Source: Octopus bimaculoides
Taxonomy: Eukaryota
NCBI RefSeq assembly: GCF_001194135.2
Contig: NC_068991.1
Coordinates: 73,855,627-73,903,115 of the forward strand
Direction of reading: 5' to 3'
DNA: 47,489 nt
The position numbers were made by a program, and so were the translations under genes. The first letter of the stretch is position 1, and each line of letters starts with the position of its first letter. Shown here one piece after another: positions 1 to 10,408 of this stretch. A model generated the notes under the pieces. The model saw only the letters and a list, made by a program, of their open reading frames with translations. It did no database searches and was not told the DNA's origin.

Positions 1-49
<49 letters not shown>

Positions 50-62
50 GTAAATAGATAGA
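1..62. repeat. (GATA)n microsatellite
   Basis: Direct reading. Confidence 0.97.
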
Positions 63-249
63 GTTGGGAGGGACAGAGGGGCCAGACAAAATGATGGAAA
101 CACTTTTCATTTATTTAACAATTTTTTCCATTGGCAATTTGACAAATTCAAAGCTGCATTTGTTTGTATATGTGTGTTTGTTCATATTCATTATGAATGT
201 CTTTTTTTTTTTTTGCAGATTTATATATTTTTCAATTAATTTAAAACGC

Positions 250-640
250 GTGGCATATCTGATTTCCAAAGAGGACAAATTTGGAGCGGGGGAAAACGGT
301 TGGAGTTTCAATCATCAAAACTTCTGAGTTGTTTAATGTTTCGAGAAGTACAATCAGTGAAATCATGTTGGCATTACAAGAATAAGGTAAAATGGTAGAA
401 TCAGCTCTGGCAAGCATAATTCTGGACAGACGGCAAAGCTCACAGAGCGATAGTACACAGAATAGTGGAACTACGGCAGTAAAAGGGTCAACAGATTTAA
501 AACTCCAACATTGCATAATCTGCGCCAACAAAACCGTTTGTTGTGGTTTCTGTAAAGTTAGAAACTGTAGCAGGGCCGCAGTAGCTAAACCTCTCCATTA
601 CAGGGTCAAGCCATCCGAATGGTATCTGCATACTTTATCA
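250..640 (+). pseudogene. Decayed Tc1/mariner transposase, N-terminal HTH region
   Basis: Frameshifted pieces SDFQRGQI, VSIIKTSELFNVSRSTISEIMLALQE*GK, KHNSGQTAKLTER and RAAVAKPL match the order of Tc1-type N-terminal motifs (LSDFxRGQIVG, ELFxVSRSTV, NSGRxxKL, RAAxxKPL). Stops and frameshifts are present; no DDE domain seen. Confidence 0.8.
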
Positions 641-761
641 CATGGGAATGGGGCCGATCCGACGATACGGAATGAGACATGAGCCAAATATGCCATGCCG
701 TGGTATCGAAACTGTCCCGTGATTGTGAGACAAACGTTTAACCGTTTCACCATGGTGTGTA

Positions 762-804
<43 letters not shown>

Positions 805-998
805 NNNNNNNNNNGTGTGTGTGTGTGTGTGTGTGTGCATGCTTGTATGTACGAGGAAGTGAGAAGGAACAGCGAAAGAGAAAAAGTGGATGAGAGAGAG
901 AGATAGCGAGGGAGATAGAGGGGAAGAAAGAGAGAGACAGAGAGAGAGAGAGAAACAGACAGGAAGACAGAGCGAGTGAGAGAGAGAAAGAGAAAAAA

Positions 999-1029
<31 letters not shown>

Positions 1030-1173
1030 TGCTGACAGTGAGACAGAAAGACAGAGCGAGAGACAGAGAGAGAGACAGAGAGCTAAACCGCGCTGATCTG
1101 TGTTATCCGCACGGATGTACAGACCTTCCTACGTTGGTCGATAGTGAATGAACGGTGAGGGTGGGAGGAGTAG

Positions 1174-1217
<44 letters not shown>

Positions 1218-1840
1218 GAAAGGGGGCGGNNNNNNNNNNNNNNNNNNNNNNNNNNNNNNNNNNNNNNNNNNNNNNNNNNNNNNNNNNNNNNNNNNNNNNN
1301 NNNNNNNNNNNNNNNNNNNNNNNNNNNNNNNNNNNNNNNNNNNNNNNNNNNNNNNNNNNNNNNNNNNNGGGGCGGGGCATTGAGCGGGGACTTGATGCTT
1401 CGCCCGCTCAAAGTGAATTGAAGTTAATAATTAAAGACAAAATCCATAAATAGAGACAAAAAAAAAACGGAATTTTCACCAGAAATGAAATGGTTTGGTC
1501 GGTGGGTTCATCACACCGACAATGGTAATTTGGTACAGAGTCAGAAAAGAGAGAGAGAGCGGGGGGGGGGAGACTAACAGGTGTGGTGAGACTTGCTAAG
1601 TGCAGTTGACATGATGCCAATAATGGGGTCGGTTGTACAAAGACTTGTTTTATGAACAATTGAACAGAAATGGACCAAGCTGGAACATTAGTCGCAACTC
1701 AAAGTGGTTTCTTTATCAAACGTATGGCCTCCATTGTTGATGTCGTTGTTGTTGTTGTTGCTTCTGCTTATGTTACGGCCGGTGTGTTTTTTTACTTTTT
1801 TTCTCTTTTGTTTGTTGTTTTGTTGCATTTTTTAACTTTT

Positions 1841-2332
1841 GAGCATGGCCGTGTGGTTAAGAAGTTTGCTTACCAACCACATGGTTCCGGGTTCAGTCCC
1901 ACTGCGTGGCACCTTGGGCAAGTGTCTTCTACAATAGCCTTGGGCCGACCAAAGCCTTGTGAGTGGATTTGGTAGAAGGAAACTAAAAGAAGCCCGTCGT
2001 ATACGTGTACATGTGTTTGTGTTTGTATGTGTATATGTATATATATATACACGTATATACATACACACATACACACACACACATACATACATACATACAT
2101 ACATATGGGTGTGCCTTTGTGTCTGTGTTTACACCACTACCACTTGACAACCGGTGTTGGTGTGTTTATGTCCCTATAACTTTGCGGTTCGTCAAAAAAG
2201 ACCTATGGAATAACTACCAGGCTTTAAAAAAATAAGTCCTGCGGTTAATTCTTTTGATAAAAGTTCTTAAAGGCAGTGCCCCAGCATGGCCGCAGTCTAA
2301 TGGCTGAAACAAGTGAAAGAAAAGATAAAAGA
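1841..2332 (+). mobile_element. Composite SINE: module A (tRNA-like head, CORE-like motif), TA/CA microsatellite, module B
   Basis: A box TGGCCGTGTGG, B box GGTTCAGTCCC, GGCACCTTGGGCAAGTGTCTT; module B ends CAGCATGGCCGCAGTC..TGGCTGAAACAAGT followed by an (A/G)AAAGA tail. Confidence 0.8.
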
Positions 2333-2339
2333 TGCAAGC

Positions 2340-2570
2340 GTGTGTGTGTGGGTGTTTGTCCCGCACCTCCGCTTGACAGCCGGTATTGGTTTGTTTGCCT
2401 CCCCGTGACTTAGCGGTTCGGCAAAAGGGAAACCGATAGGATAAGTACCAAGTTCAAGAAAGAAGAAAAAAACAAACATGAGTACTGAGGCTTATTTGTT
2501 CGACTAAAACCGTTCAAGGCGGTGCTCCAGCATGGCCGCAGACCAATGACCGAAACGAGTAAAAGATAAA
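2340..2570 (+). mobile_element. SINE module B, solo copy
   Basis: Matches module B: CGTGACTTAGCGGTTCGGCAAAAG...GGTGCTCCAGCATGGCCGCAG..TGACCGAAAC, with tail. Confidence 0.75.
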
Positions 2571-2858
2571 ACGCCGGTGATCGAAATGGCTTCAGTTGTC
2601 GCTCAAATGGATTTTCGGTTTAGCTCTAAAGAGAGAATTACTCCTTCTGTGTTCTACTGAGAGCTGAGCTTTAATGCAGAAGCAGAATTGCTGGGATTAG
2701 GAACTACTTGTGACTACTTATCGACTCTTTTGTCGAAATTTCTAGTCTTCACTTTATAAAGGTCAGCTTTTTCTAAAACCCTTATTTGTAATAATCCTGT
2801 TAAATCCATTGCTATATAATCTGCTATGAAAGTTGGTTCTCAATATTGAATGGACGGT

Positions 2859-3292
2859 AAGGCGGCGAGCTGGCAGAATCGTTAGCACGCCGGGCGAAAT
2901 GCTTAGCAGTATTTCGTCTACCATTACGTTCTGAGTTCAAATATCGCCGAGGTCGACTTTGCCTTTCATCATTTCGGGGTCGATTAAATAAGTATCAGTT
3001 ACGCACAGGGGTCGATATAATCGACTTAATCCCTTTGTCTATCCTTGTTTGTCCCCTCTATGCTTAGCTCCTTGTGGGCAATAAACAAATAAGAAACGTT
3101 AGCTGGCCGGGCGAAGTGCTTAGCGGTATTTCGTTTGTCTTTACGTTCTGAGTTCAAATTCTGCCAAGGTCGATTTTGCCTTTCATCCTTTCGGTGTCAA
3201 TGAAATAAGCACCAGTTACGCACTGGGGTCGATATAATCGAATGGCCCCTTTCCCTAAAAAATTTTCAAGGCCTTGTGCCTTGAGTGGAAAT
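2859..3292 (+). mobile_element. Dimer of SINE family C inside one 17-bp TSD
   Basis: Two head-to-tail units (GGCGGCGAGCTGGCAGAA...TTCTGAGTTCAAAT...GGTCGACTTTGCCTTTCATC). Flanked by AATATTGAATGGACGGT (2842-2858) and AATATTGAATAGACGGT (3293-3309). Confidence 0.75.
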
Positions 3293-3304
3293 AATATTGA
3301 ATAG

Positions 3305-3470
3305 ACGGTGAGCTGGCTGAATGGTTACCTCGCCGGACAAAATACCTAGCAACATTTCTTCCGTTCCTTTACGTCGTGTGATCAAATACCGCTGAGGTCG
3401 GCTCTACATTTCCCTTTTTTTTTTTTCGGGGTCAAAAAAAATAAATAGCAGTCAAGCACTAGGGTCGACT
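3305..3470 (+). mobile_element. Older diverged SINE family C copy
   Basis: GACGGTGAGCTGGCTGAA...CGCTGAGGTCGGCT...TTTCGGGGTC matches family C with more substitutions. Confidence 0.6.
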
Positions 3471-3474
3471 AGAA

Positions 3475-4350
3475 TCAGACCAGACCACAGCAGACCGGAT
3501 GGGATTGGACAGAGACCAGACAAAACAGGACCATACCAGACCAAACTGGATCAGACCAAACAGACCAGATTAAACAGGACACGACCAGACAAAACAAATC
3601 CAGGTAATTAAGTCACAGAAAAAAGTCACAGGTGTTTTGTCCGGGACGGTTTTGTCCGAGGGTGTCCGAGGGTGTTTTGTCCTGGTGGGATTTTGCTCCT
3701 CGGATCCCATAAATCACTTGTGACTTTTTTTCCTGTGACTTTATTACCGGTCACCGACAAAACAGGACCAGACCAGACCAAACAGGACAAGACCGGACAA
3801 AACAGGACCAGACCAGACACACCAGACTGGACCGGATCGGATCAGACCAGAGCAGACAAGATCAAATCAAACNNNNNNNNNNNNNNNNNNNNNNNNNNNN
3901 NNNNNNNNNNNNNNNNNNNNNNNNNNNNNNNNNNNNNNNNNNNNNNNNNNNNNNNNNNNNNNNNNAAACAAATCCAGGTAATTAAGTCACAGAAAAAAGT
4001 CACAGGTGTTTTGTCCGGGACGGTTTTGTCCGAGGGTGTCCGAGGGTGTTTTGTCCTGGTGGGATTTTGCTCCTCGGATCCCATAAATCACTTGTGACTT
4101 TTTTTCCTGTGACTTTATTACCGGTCACCGACAAAACAGGACCAGACCAGACCAAACAGGACAAGACCGGACAAAACAGGACCAGACCAGACACACCAGA
4201 CTGGACCGGATCGGATCAGACCAGAGCAGACAAGATCAAATCAAACGACCAGATCAAATCCAACCACACCAGACAAAACAGGACCAGACAAAACAAAACC
4301 AAACCGGACCAGACCAGACAAAACCAGATCAGGCTAGGCCAGGACTAAAA
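3475..4350. repeat. Degenerate pentamer satellite (GACCA/GGACA/AACAG)
   Basis: Clear 5-nt periodicity; interrupted by a small inverted-repeat element and a gap. Confidence 0.8.
3603..3748. mobile_element. 146-bp MITE-like element with ~29-bp terminal inverted repeats
   Basis: GGTAATTAAGTCACAGAAAAAAGTCACA (3603-3630) is near reverse-complementary to TGTGACTTTTTTTCCTGTGACTTTATTACC (3719-3748). An identical second copy at 3977-4122 is probably an assembly overlap. Confidence 0.6.
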
Positions 4351-4767
4351 CCAGAAGGAAGACGTGAAGAAATCATCAACCTGGAAACCTAGCTTGGACA
4401 CGGGCAACGAAGAGGATTTCAATGAATGCATCAAAAATCTATGAAGGCATTAACCTGGGAGACCATTGTCTTCTATAGTTTCCGTCAAGCAAACTTCACT
4501 CACACAACTTGGATCGACCCGAAGTTATGTGTAGTGAGATTGATCCTGGAAATTAAAATGTTGGGAAGCGACCTTCTTAACCACATAGCCATGCTTTCGA
4601 AATAACATTTGATGAAATAAAATTGAAAGAAAATCTTCAAAGAAATCCAAATTCGTTCCGATATTAAAANNNNNNNNNNCTTCAAAGAAATCCAAATTCG
4701 TTCCGGTATTAAAAGAAGTGGTCGCGATGAAATCATTGAAATTTGTGTTTCAGAGGAATGGCATCGT

Positions 4768-5356
4768 TGTGTGTGTATGTGTGCGTGTGTGTGTGTGTGT
4801 CTCTGCCTGTTTGTTCGACTCTCTGTGTGTGTGCGCGTGCGTGTGTGTGAGTTTGTGCGTAGTGTGTGCGCGAGTGTTTGTGTATATGTTGCGTCTCTGC
4901 AAGTGTGTGTGTGTGTGCGTATATGTCTGCTTGTGCGGGGGCGTTCGTGTATGTGTGTGTGTATATCCATGTGTGGTGTGTATGTATGTATGCATGCATA
5001 TATGCGCGCGCGTGTCCATACGTGGGTGGGTGTGCGTACATGCCTGTATATATGAGAGAAACACAGACAGAAAAGCGTATGTATGTGTACATGTACGCAT
5101 ATATGTGACCGTGTCCATGTGTGTATGTGTATGTGTGTGTATATGTGTTAGTGTGTGTGTGTGCGTTTGTGTATATTGTGTGTATGTGTGTATATGCGTG
5201 CGTGTAATTGCGAGTGTATATGTGAGTGTGCTTGTTGTGTATGTGGATGTGTGTGTGTGTTTGTTGAATATAGGAGTGTGTATTCTTGTGCATGTCAGTG
5301 TGTATGTGTGCGTGTGTGTGTGTGTGTGCGTGTGTGTGTGTGTGTGCGTGTATGTG
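4768..5356. repeat. Degenerate (TG)n/(TA)n field
   Basis: Direct reading; ends at a gap. Confidence 0.95.
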
Positions 5357-5659
5357 NNNNNNNNNNNNNNNNNNNNNNNNNNNNNNNNNNNNNNNNNNNN
5401 NNNNNNNNNNNNNNNNNNNNNNNNNNNNNNNNNNNNNNNNNNNNNNNNNNNNNNNNNNNNNNNNNNNNNNNNNNNNNNNNNNNNNNNNNNNNNNNNNNNN
5501 NNNNNNNNNNNNNNNNNNNNNNNNNNNNNNNNNNNNNNNNNNNNNNNNNNNNNNNNNNNNNNNNNNNNNNNNNNNNNNNGCATTCACTTCTAACTTCCTA
5601 CAGCTTAATGCTTACAAACATAAATATATATGCATATATATACATGGCTGAGAGTGTCA

Positions 5660-5731
5660 GCGTCGGTGGTGTAACGGTTAGCATGGTTGCCTTCCAAGCA
5701 GTCGATCCGGGTTCGACTCCCGGCCGACGCA
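5660..5731 (+). tRNA. tRNA-Gly-TCC: tRNA-Gly, anticodon TCC, intact 72-nt gene
   Basis: Folded by hand: acceptor stem GCGTCGG/CCGACGC plus discriminator A; D stem GTGT/GCAT; anticodon stem GTTGC/GCAGT around loop CTTCCAA; T stem CCGGG/CCCGG with loop TTCGACT. Closely resembles metazoan tRNA-Gly(TCC). Confidence 0.95.
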
Positions 5732-5742
5732 GGCGATAATAC

Positions 5743-5751
5743 TTTTTTTTT
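5743..5751 (+). terminator. Pol III oligo-T terminator of tRNA-Gly
   Basis: T9 run starting 11 nt after the tRNA 3' end. Confidence 0.8.
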
Positions 5752-5837
5752 CTTTCTCAAAGCAGTGCTCCGGCATGGCCGCAAGCAAGTGACTGAAACA
5801 AATAAAAGAATATATAAATCTCAATAAACATATGTAT

Positions 5838-6195
5838 ATTTTACTTGTTTCACTAATTGGACTGCGGCCATGCTGGGGTAATGCATCGAAATAATTTTTT
5901 AGCCGAACAAATCGACCCAGGACATTTTTTTTTCAGCCTAACTTATTCTATCGGTGTGTTTTGCCGAACCACTAAGTACCGGGGACCTAAACACACCAAC
6001 ACCAGTTGTCAAGCAGTGGTGATTGGCAAATACGGATACCAAGACACACACACACACATAGATGTATACATATAGGACAGGCTTCTTTCGGTTTCTGCCT
6101 ACCAAATCCACTCACAAGGCTTTATTCGGCGCGAAGCCATAGTTCAGTCGCACACAGAACCATGTGATTGGAAAGCAAGCTTCTCACCACAACAA
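5838..6195 (-). mobile_element. Composite SINE A-microsatellite-B, diverged
   Basis: Reverse-complement module B (5838-6058), CA/TA linker, reverse-complement module A (6075-6195). Confidence 0.7.
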
Positions 6196-6202
6196 CCACA
6201 AC

Positions 6203-6897
6203 CGCAGCCATTATTTTATCGGTGTCTTTTGCCGAACAGCTAAGTTACAGGGACATAAACACAGACACAGACACAGACACAGACACNNNNNNNNNNNNNN
6301 NNNNNNNNNNNNNNNNNNNNNNNNNNNNNNNNNNNNNNNNNNNNNNNNNNNNNNNNNNNNNNNNNNNNNNNNNNNNNNNNNNNNNNNNNNNNNNNNNNNN
6401 NNNNNNNNNNNNNNNNNNNNNNNNNNNNNNNNNNNNNNNNNNNNNNNNNNNNNNNNNNNNNNNNNNNNNNNNNNNNNNNNNNNNNNNNNNNNNNNNNNNN
6501 NNNNNNNNNNNNNNNNNNNNNNNNNNNNNNNNNNNNNNNNNNNNNNNNNNNNNNNNNNNNNNNNNNNNNNNNNNNNNNNNNNNNNNNNNNNNNNNNNNNN
6601 NNNNNNNNNNNNNNNNNNNNNNNNNNNNNNNNNNNNNNNNNNNNNNNNNNNNNNNNNNNNNNNNNNNNNNNNNNNNNNNNNNNNNNNNNNNNNNNNNNNN
6701 NNNNNNNNNNNNNNNNNNNNNNNNNNNNNNNNNNNNNNNNNNNNNNNNNNNNNNNNNNNNNNNNNNNNNNNGTTTCCGTTTACCAAATCTACTCACAAGG
6801 CTTTGATCGGCCCGACACTCGCCCAAAGTACCTTACAGTGGAACTGAACACGAAACCATGTGGTTCGGAAGCATGCTTCTTACCACACAGCCACGCC
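6203..6897 (-). mobile_element. Composite SINE A-B spanning an assembly gap
   Basis: B fragment plus (CAGACA)n before gap 6287-6771, module A after it. Confidence 0.55.
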
Positions 6898-6921
6898 TGT
6901 ATATGTATATATATATATATA

Positions 6922-7065
6922 TGACGGGCTTCTTTCAGTTTCCATCTACCAAATTCATTCACATGTTCTGAGGCTATAGTAGAAGACACTTGCTCAAAGT
7001 GTCACACAGTGGGACTGAACCCACAACCGTGCGGTTGACAAGCAAACATCTTACCACACAACCTT
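6922..7065 (-). mobile_element. SINE module A
   Basis: GACGGGCTTCTTTCAGTTTCC...GAAGACACTTGCTCAAAGTG...GGGACTGAACCC. Confidence 0.75.
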
Positions 7066-7544
7066 GTCTAAGCCCATATAGTGACCTATATTTTTTAATC
7101 TTTTACTTAGAAAGGAAAGCAGAACCCACGACTGATTACAGGGCCTCAGAGATTAATGGGAAGGAGAGAGGATATCTGGCCCAAATATTCACAACAAAGT
7201 GGACTCTGCTGAAGGCAACCACGATGCTAGGAGACGGTGGTAAACCCTAGGGCGGATTAGACCTTTCGTAGTCAGATAAATCTCTCAAAACTAACGCTTT
7301 GTATTAATCCTGCATTATCTCATCGCTTTGAGATTTCAATGGTATGATTATTTATTTATTTTTTAGAATGACATTGTAGGGTAGATGTAAGAGGCAGGAT
7401 CTGGATGGTTTTAATATAAAGCAAGTAGAATATTTGGGGCTGGATATGGACGGTTTAAATGCTAGACGGGTTAAATCTACCACCCGAACAAGCCACGGTG
7501 TAATTTGAACGCCAAATGCAAAGAGCCGGAACAGATGCACATAC

Positions 7545-8265
7545 CGTCATGTGGTCCGACGTTCTTACAGTTCCACAAATCTATCGCCCGTTGTTTCGTT
7601 GTTGTTGTCCCTCCAAGAGATGTTAAGCACTGTACATAATATTCTGGTGTAGGCACCGGCCAACATGCACCTGAGTCTCTTGGTGAGAGTTCCATATACA
7701 AGAAATCCATATACAAGCACAGATTCAACAAATGCTCTGAAGAACTGTCTCCTCAATTTATCTGGTAGGGTGGACTTCCATATTGTTCCAAGACCGTCTA
7801 TAGCAGCCCAAGCCACGGCAACGCGAGATTTAATATCTCTATATACCGGGACACGATATTGCTGTCCCGGTAAGTAAACTCGTTGACATTTTTCAAGGGC
7901 TTCTGTTTGATGGTCCTGATTTCTTCTGTTGTGTTCAGAGTGGTAAACCCTGTCTTCTTTTCATTCACATATGGTCCTTTGTTTAGCGGCAGCATTTTCC
8001 AGAAGATGGAGTTATACGTTCAGCATCTGTTGTGTAGTCTGCAAAGAGCGCCATGTCATCAGCATAATTGGCGTGAGTCAAGAAGACGGCCGGATATCTT
8101 CTGCTTTTAGTCTTCTGTAAAGTGAAACCCAGATCATTGTGTTGATCTATTGAGATATGCAATACATAATTGAGACACAGGATGAACAAATAAGGAGCTA
8201 GTAGTGTTTGAGGGAGTTTCAGCTCCAATTTCTATCAGGTTAGTTGTTTGTGTGGAGTCTTTCAT
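7545..8265 (-). pseudogene. RTE-clade LINE reverse transcriptase relic (5'-truncated)
   Basis: Three frameshifted ORFs: QTLLAPYLFILCLNYVL...NYADDMALFAD (RT YADD motif), VNEKKTGF...VNEFTYRDSNI, and AWAAIDGLGTIWKS...FFRAFVESVLVYG...AYTRILCTVLNISW, typical of the RTE ORF C-terminal half. Confidence 0.9.
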
Positions 8266-8520
8266 CGATTGAAATTTGTTTCTATGTAAAACAAGCAAAA
8301 AGTTAAAAATGTAAGGAAAAAAAATTTATATAGCAAGGGAAATAACTCTCAAGTCAAGTGATTAATTATGTCCCTTACATCATGCAACGTTGTTACGAAT
8401 CTGATCAAAATATAGATAGGAAATTTAAATTGAATGAATGCTCCGCTGTGCTGTAGGAAGATGTGAATTCTCGCAACACGCATTCGTAGTTCATTTTTCT
8501 CACTATTTTTATATATTATC

Positions 8521-8746
8521 TATACAAGAAATCCATATACAAGCACAGATTCAACAAATGCTCTGAAGAACTGTCTCTTCAATTTATCTTGTGAGGTCGA
8601 CTTCCATATTGTTCCAAGACCGTCTATAGCAGCCCAAGCCACAGCAACGCGAGATTTAATATCTCGATATACTGGGACACGATATTGCTGTCCCGGTAAG
8701 CAAACTCGTTGACATTTTTCAAGGGCTTCTGTTTGATGGTCCTGAT
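8521..8746 (-). repeat. 226-bp local copy of RTE segment 7695-7920
   Basis: Ungapped alignment at offset 826, about 95% identical by eye. Confidence 0.9.
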
Positions 8747-8894
8747 AGAGAGGTTTTGTGTTTTAGGAAAAGAATGGAATTAAAAGGTGACATATCGATA
8801 TGTTGACGATGGGAATGGGAGTGAAATATCGAGCGATTAGGTAACTCGTGGAGAAGAGCCAGAAATATGTGTCTCAGCGTTGGTGTGTGTATGT

Positions 8895-8932
<38 letters not shown>

Positions 8933-9273
8933 NNNNNNNNNNNNNNNNNNNNNNNNNNNNNNNNNNNNNNNNNNNNNNNNNNNNNNNNNNNNNNNNNNNN
9001 NNNNNNNNNNNNNNNNNNNNNNNNNNNNNNNNNNNNNNNNNNNNNNNNNNNNNNNNNNNNNNNNNNNNNNNNNNNNNNNNNNNNNNNNNNNNNNNNNNNN
9101 NNNNNNNNNNNNNNNNNNNNNNNNNNNNNNNNNNNNNNNNNNNNNNNNNNNNNNNNNNNNNNNNNNNNNNNNNNNNNNNNNNNNNNNNNNNNNNNNNNNN
9201 NNNNNNNNNNNNNNNNNNNNNNNNNNNNNNNNNNNNNNNNNNNNNNNNNNNNNNNNNNNNNNNNNNNNNNNNN

Positions 9274-9336
<63 letters not shown>

Positions 9337-9354
9337 TATATATACATACATGCA

Positions 9355-9387
<33 letters not shown>

Positions 9388-10237
9388 GTATGTATATATA
9401 CATATATATATGTACGTAAAAAAATCAAAATAAGCAACAGGATATCAAGAGGTGATGCAGTACGACCGTTTCAAGAGACGCCATTTAATTGAACAATGCA
9501 ATCATTACATCAATTTAAATGCAGGGTTATCATAATTTGCATAAATAAATGGAAATTTTTTAATCAGTTGGACACATTAATACAATTTTACTTAAATTCT
9601 CTAATAGCGCAAGAAGAGGGTAAAAGTCCAAGTTGCTACTAATGTAGCTCAAAATATGCAACACTTCTAAGAACTGTATGAAGTTTGTTAGGGTACACGT
9701 GCGTGCGTGTATGCATGTATGTATATATGTTTGCATGTATGTATGTATGTGTTTGTATGTATGTATGTATGTATGCATGCATGCATGTATGCATATATAT
9801 GTGTATGTATAAGCACAACAAAGTTTAACGAACGCACACAACACAAACAAGCAAACATTCATATACACACACACACACACACACACACATATCGTTTCCC
9901 ATTTCTTTCGTTGTTCTTCGTCGACCAGTTAACTCACCAACCAATTACGTAATCGATTGGTCCATCAATCGTTTAATCAATCCATCTGTTTGTTTTGTCA
10001 GAGTTCTTTCGTCTCCATTTCTGACCTCATCAATGACGCACACCCCTCTACTGCAGGTCAGTCACTCTCACACGGACTCATCAATCGATCAATCGATCAA
10101 TCAATCACTTGATTAGTTGGTCAGTTTTTTGGGCAATCGATTGATTTTAAATAACGAAGGGAACCATAATCAGTGTGTGTGTGTAAATATGCATGAGTGC
10201 GCATGCGGACGCATGTGCGTGTATCTTATACTATAAT

Positions 10238-10408
10238 CTTTTCTATTCTAGGCACAAGGCCCGAAATTGGTACTTAATTTATCGACCTCGAAAGGATGAA
10301 AGGCAAAGTCGACCTCGGCGGATTTTGAACTCAGAACAGTAAAGACAGACGAAATACCGCTAAGCATTTCGCCCGGCGTGCTAACGTTTCTGCCAGCTCA
10401 CCGCCTCG
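10238..10408 (-). mobile_element. SINE family C with perfect 17-bp TSD
   Basis: GTATCTTATACTATAAT at 10221-10237 and 10409-10425 flanks a family C body; this is typical of target-primed retrotransposition. Confidence 0.9.

Noticed and set aside
3592-4246. Exact 281-bp direct duplication (3592-3872 = 3966-4246)
   Set aside because: The copies are identical and lie immediately either side of an N gap, the signature of an unmerged contig overlap. Needs long reads to be taken as real.
4632-4716. ~36-bp duplication around a 10-N gap
   Set aside because: Overlap or haplotype artefact (one SNP); 10-N gaps look like placeholders.
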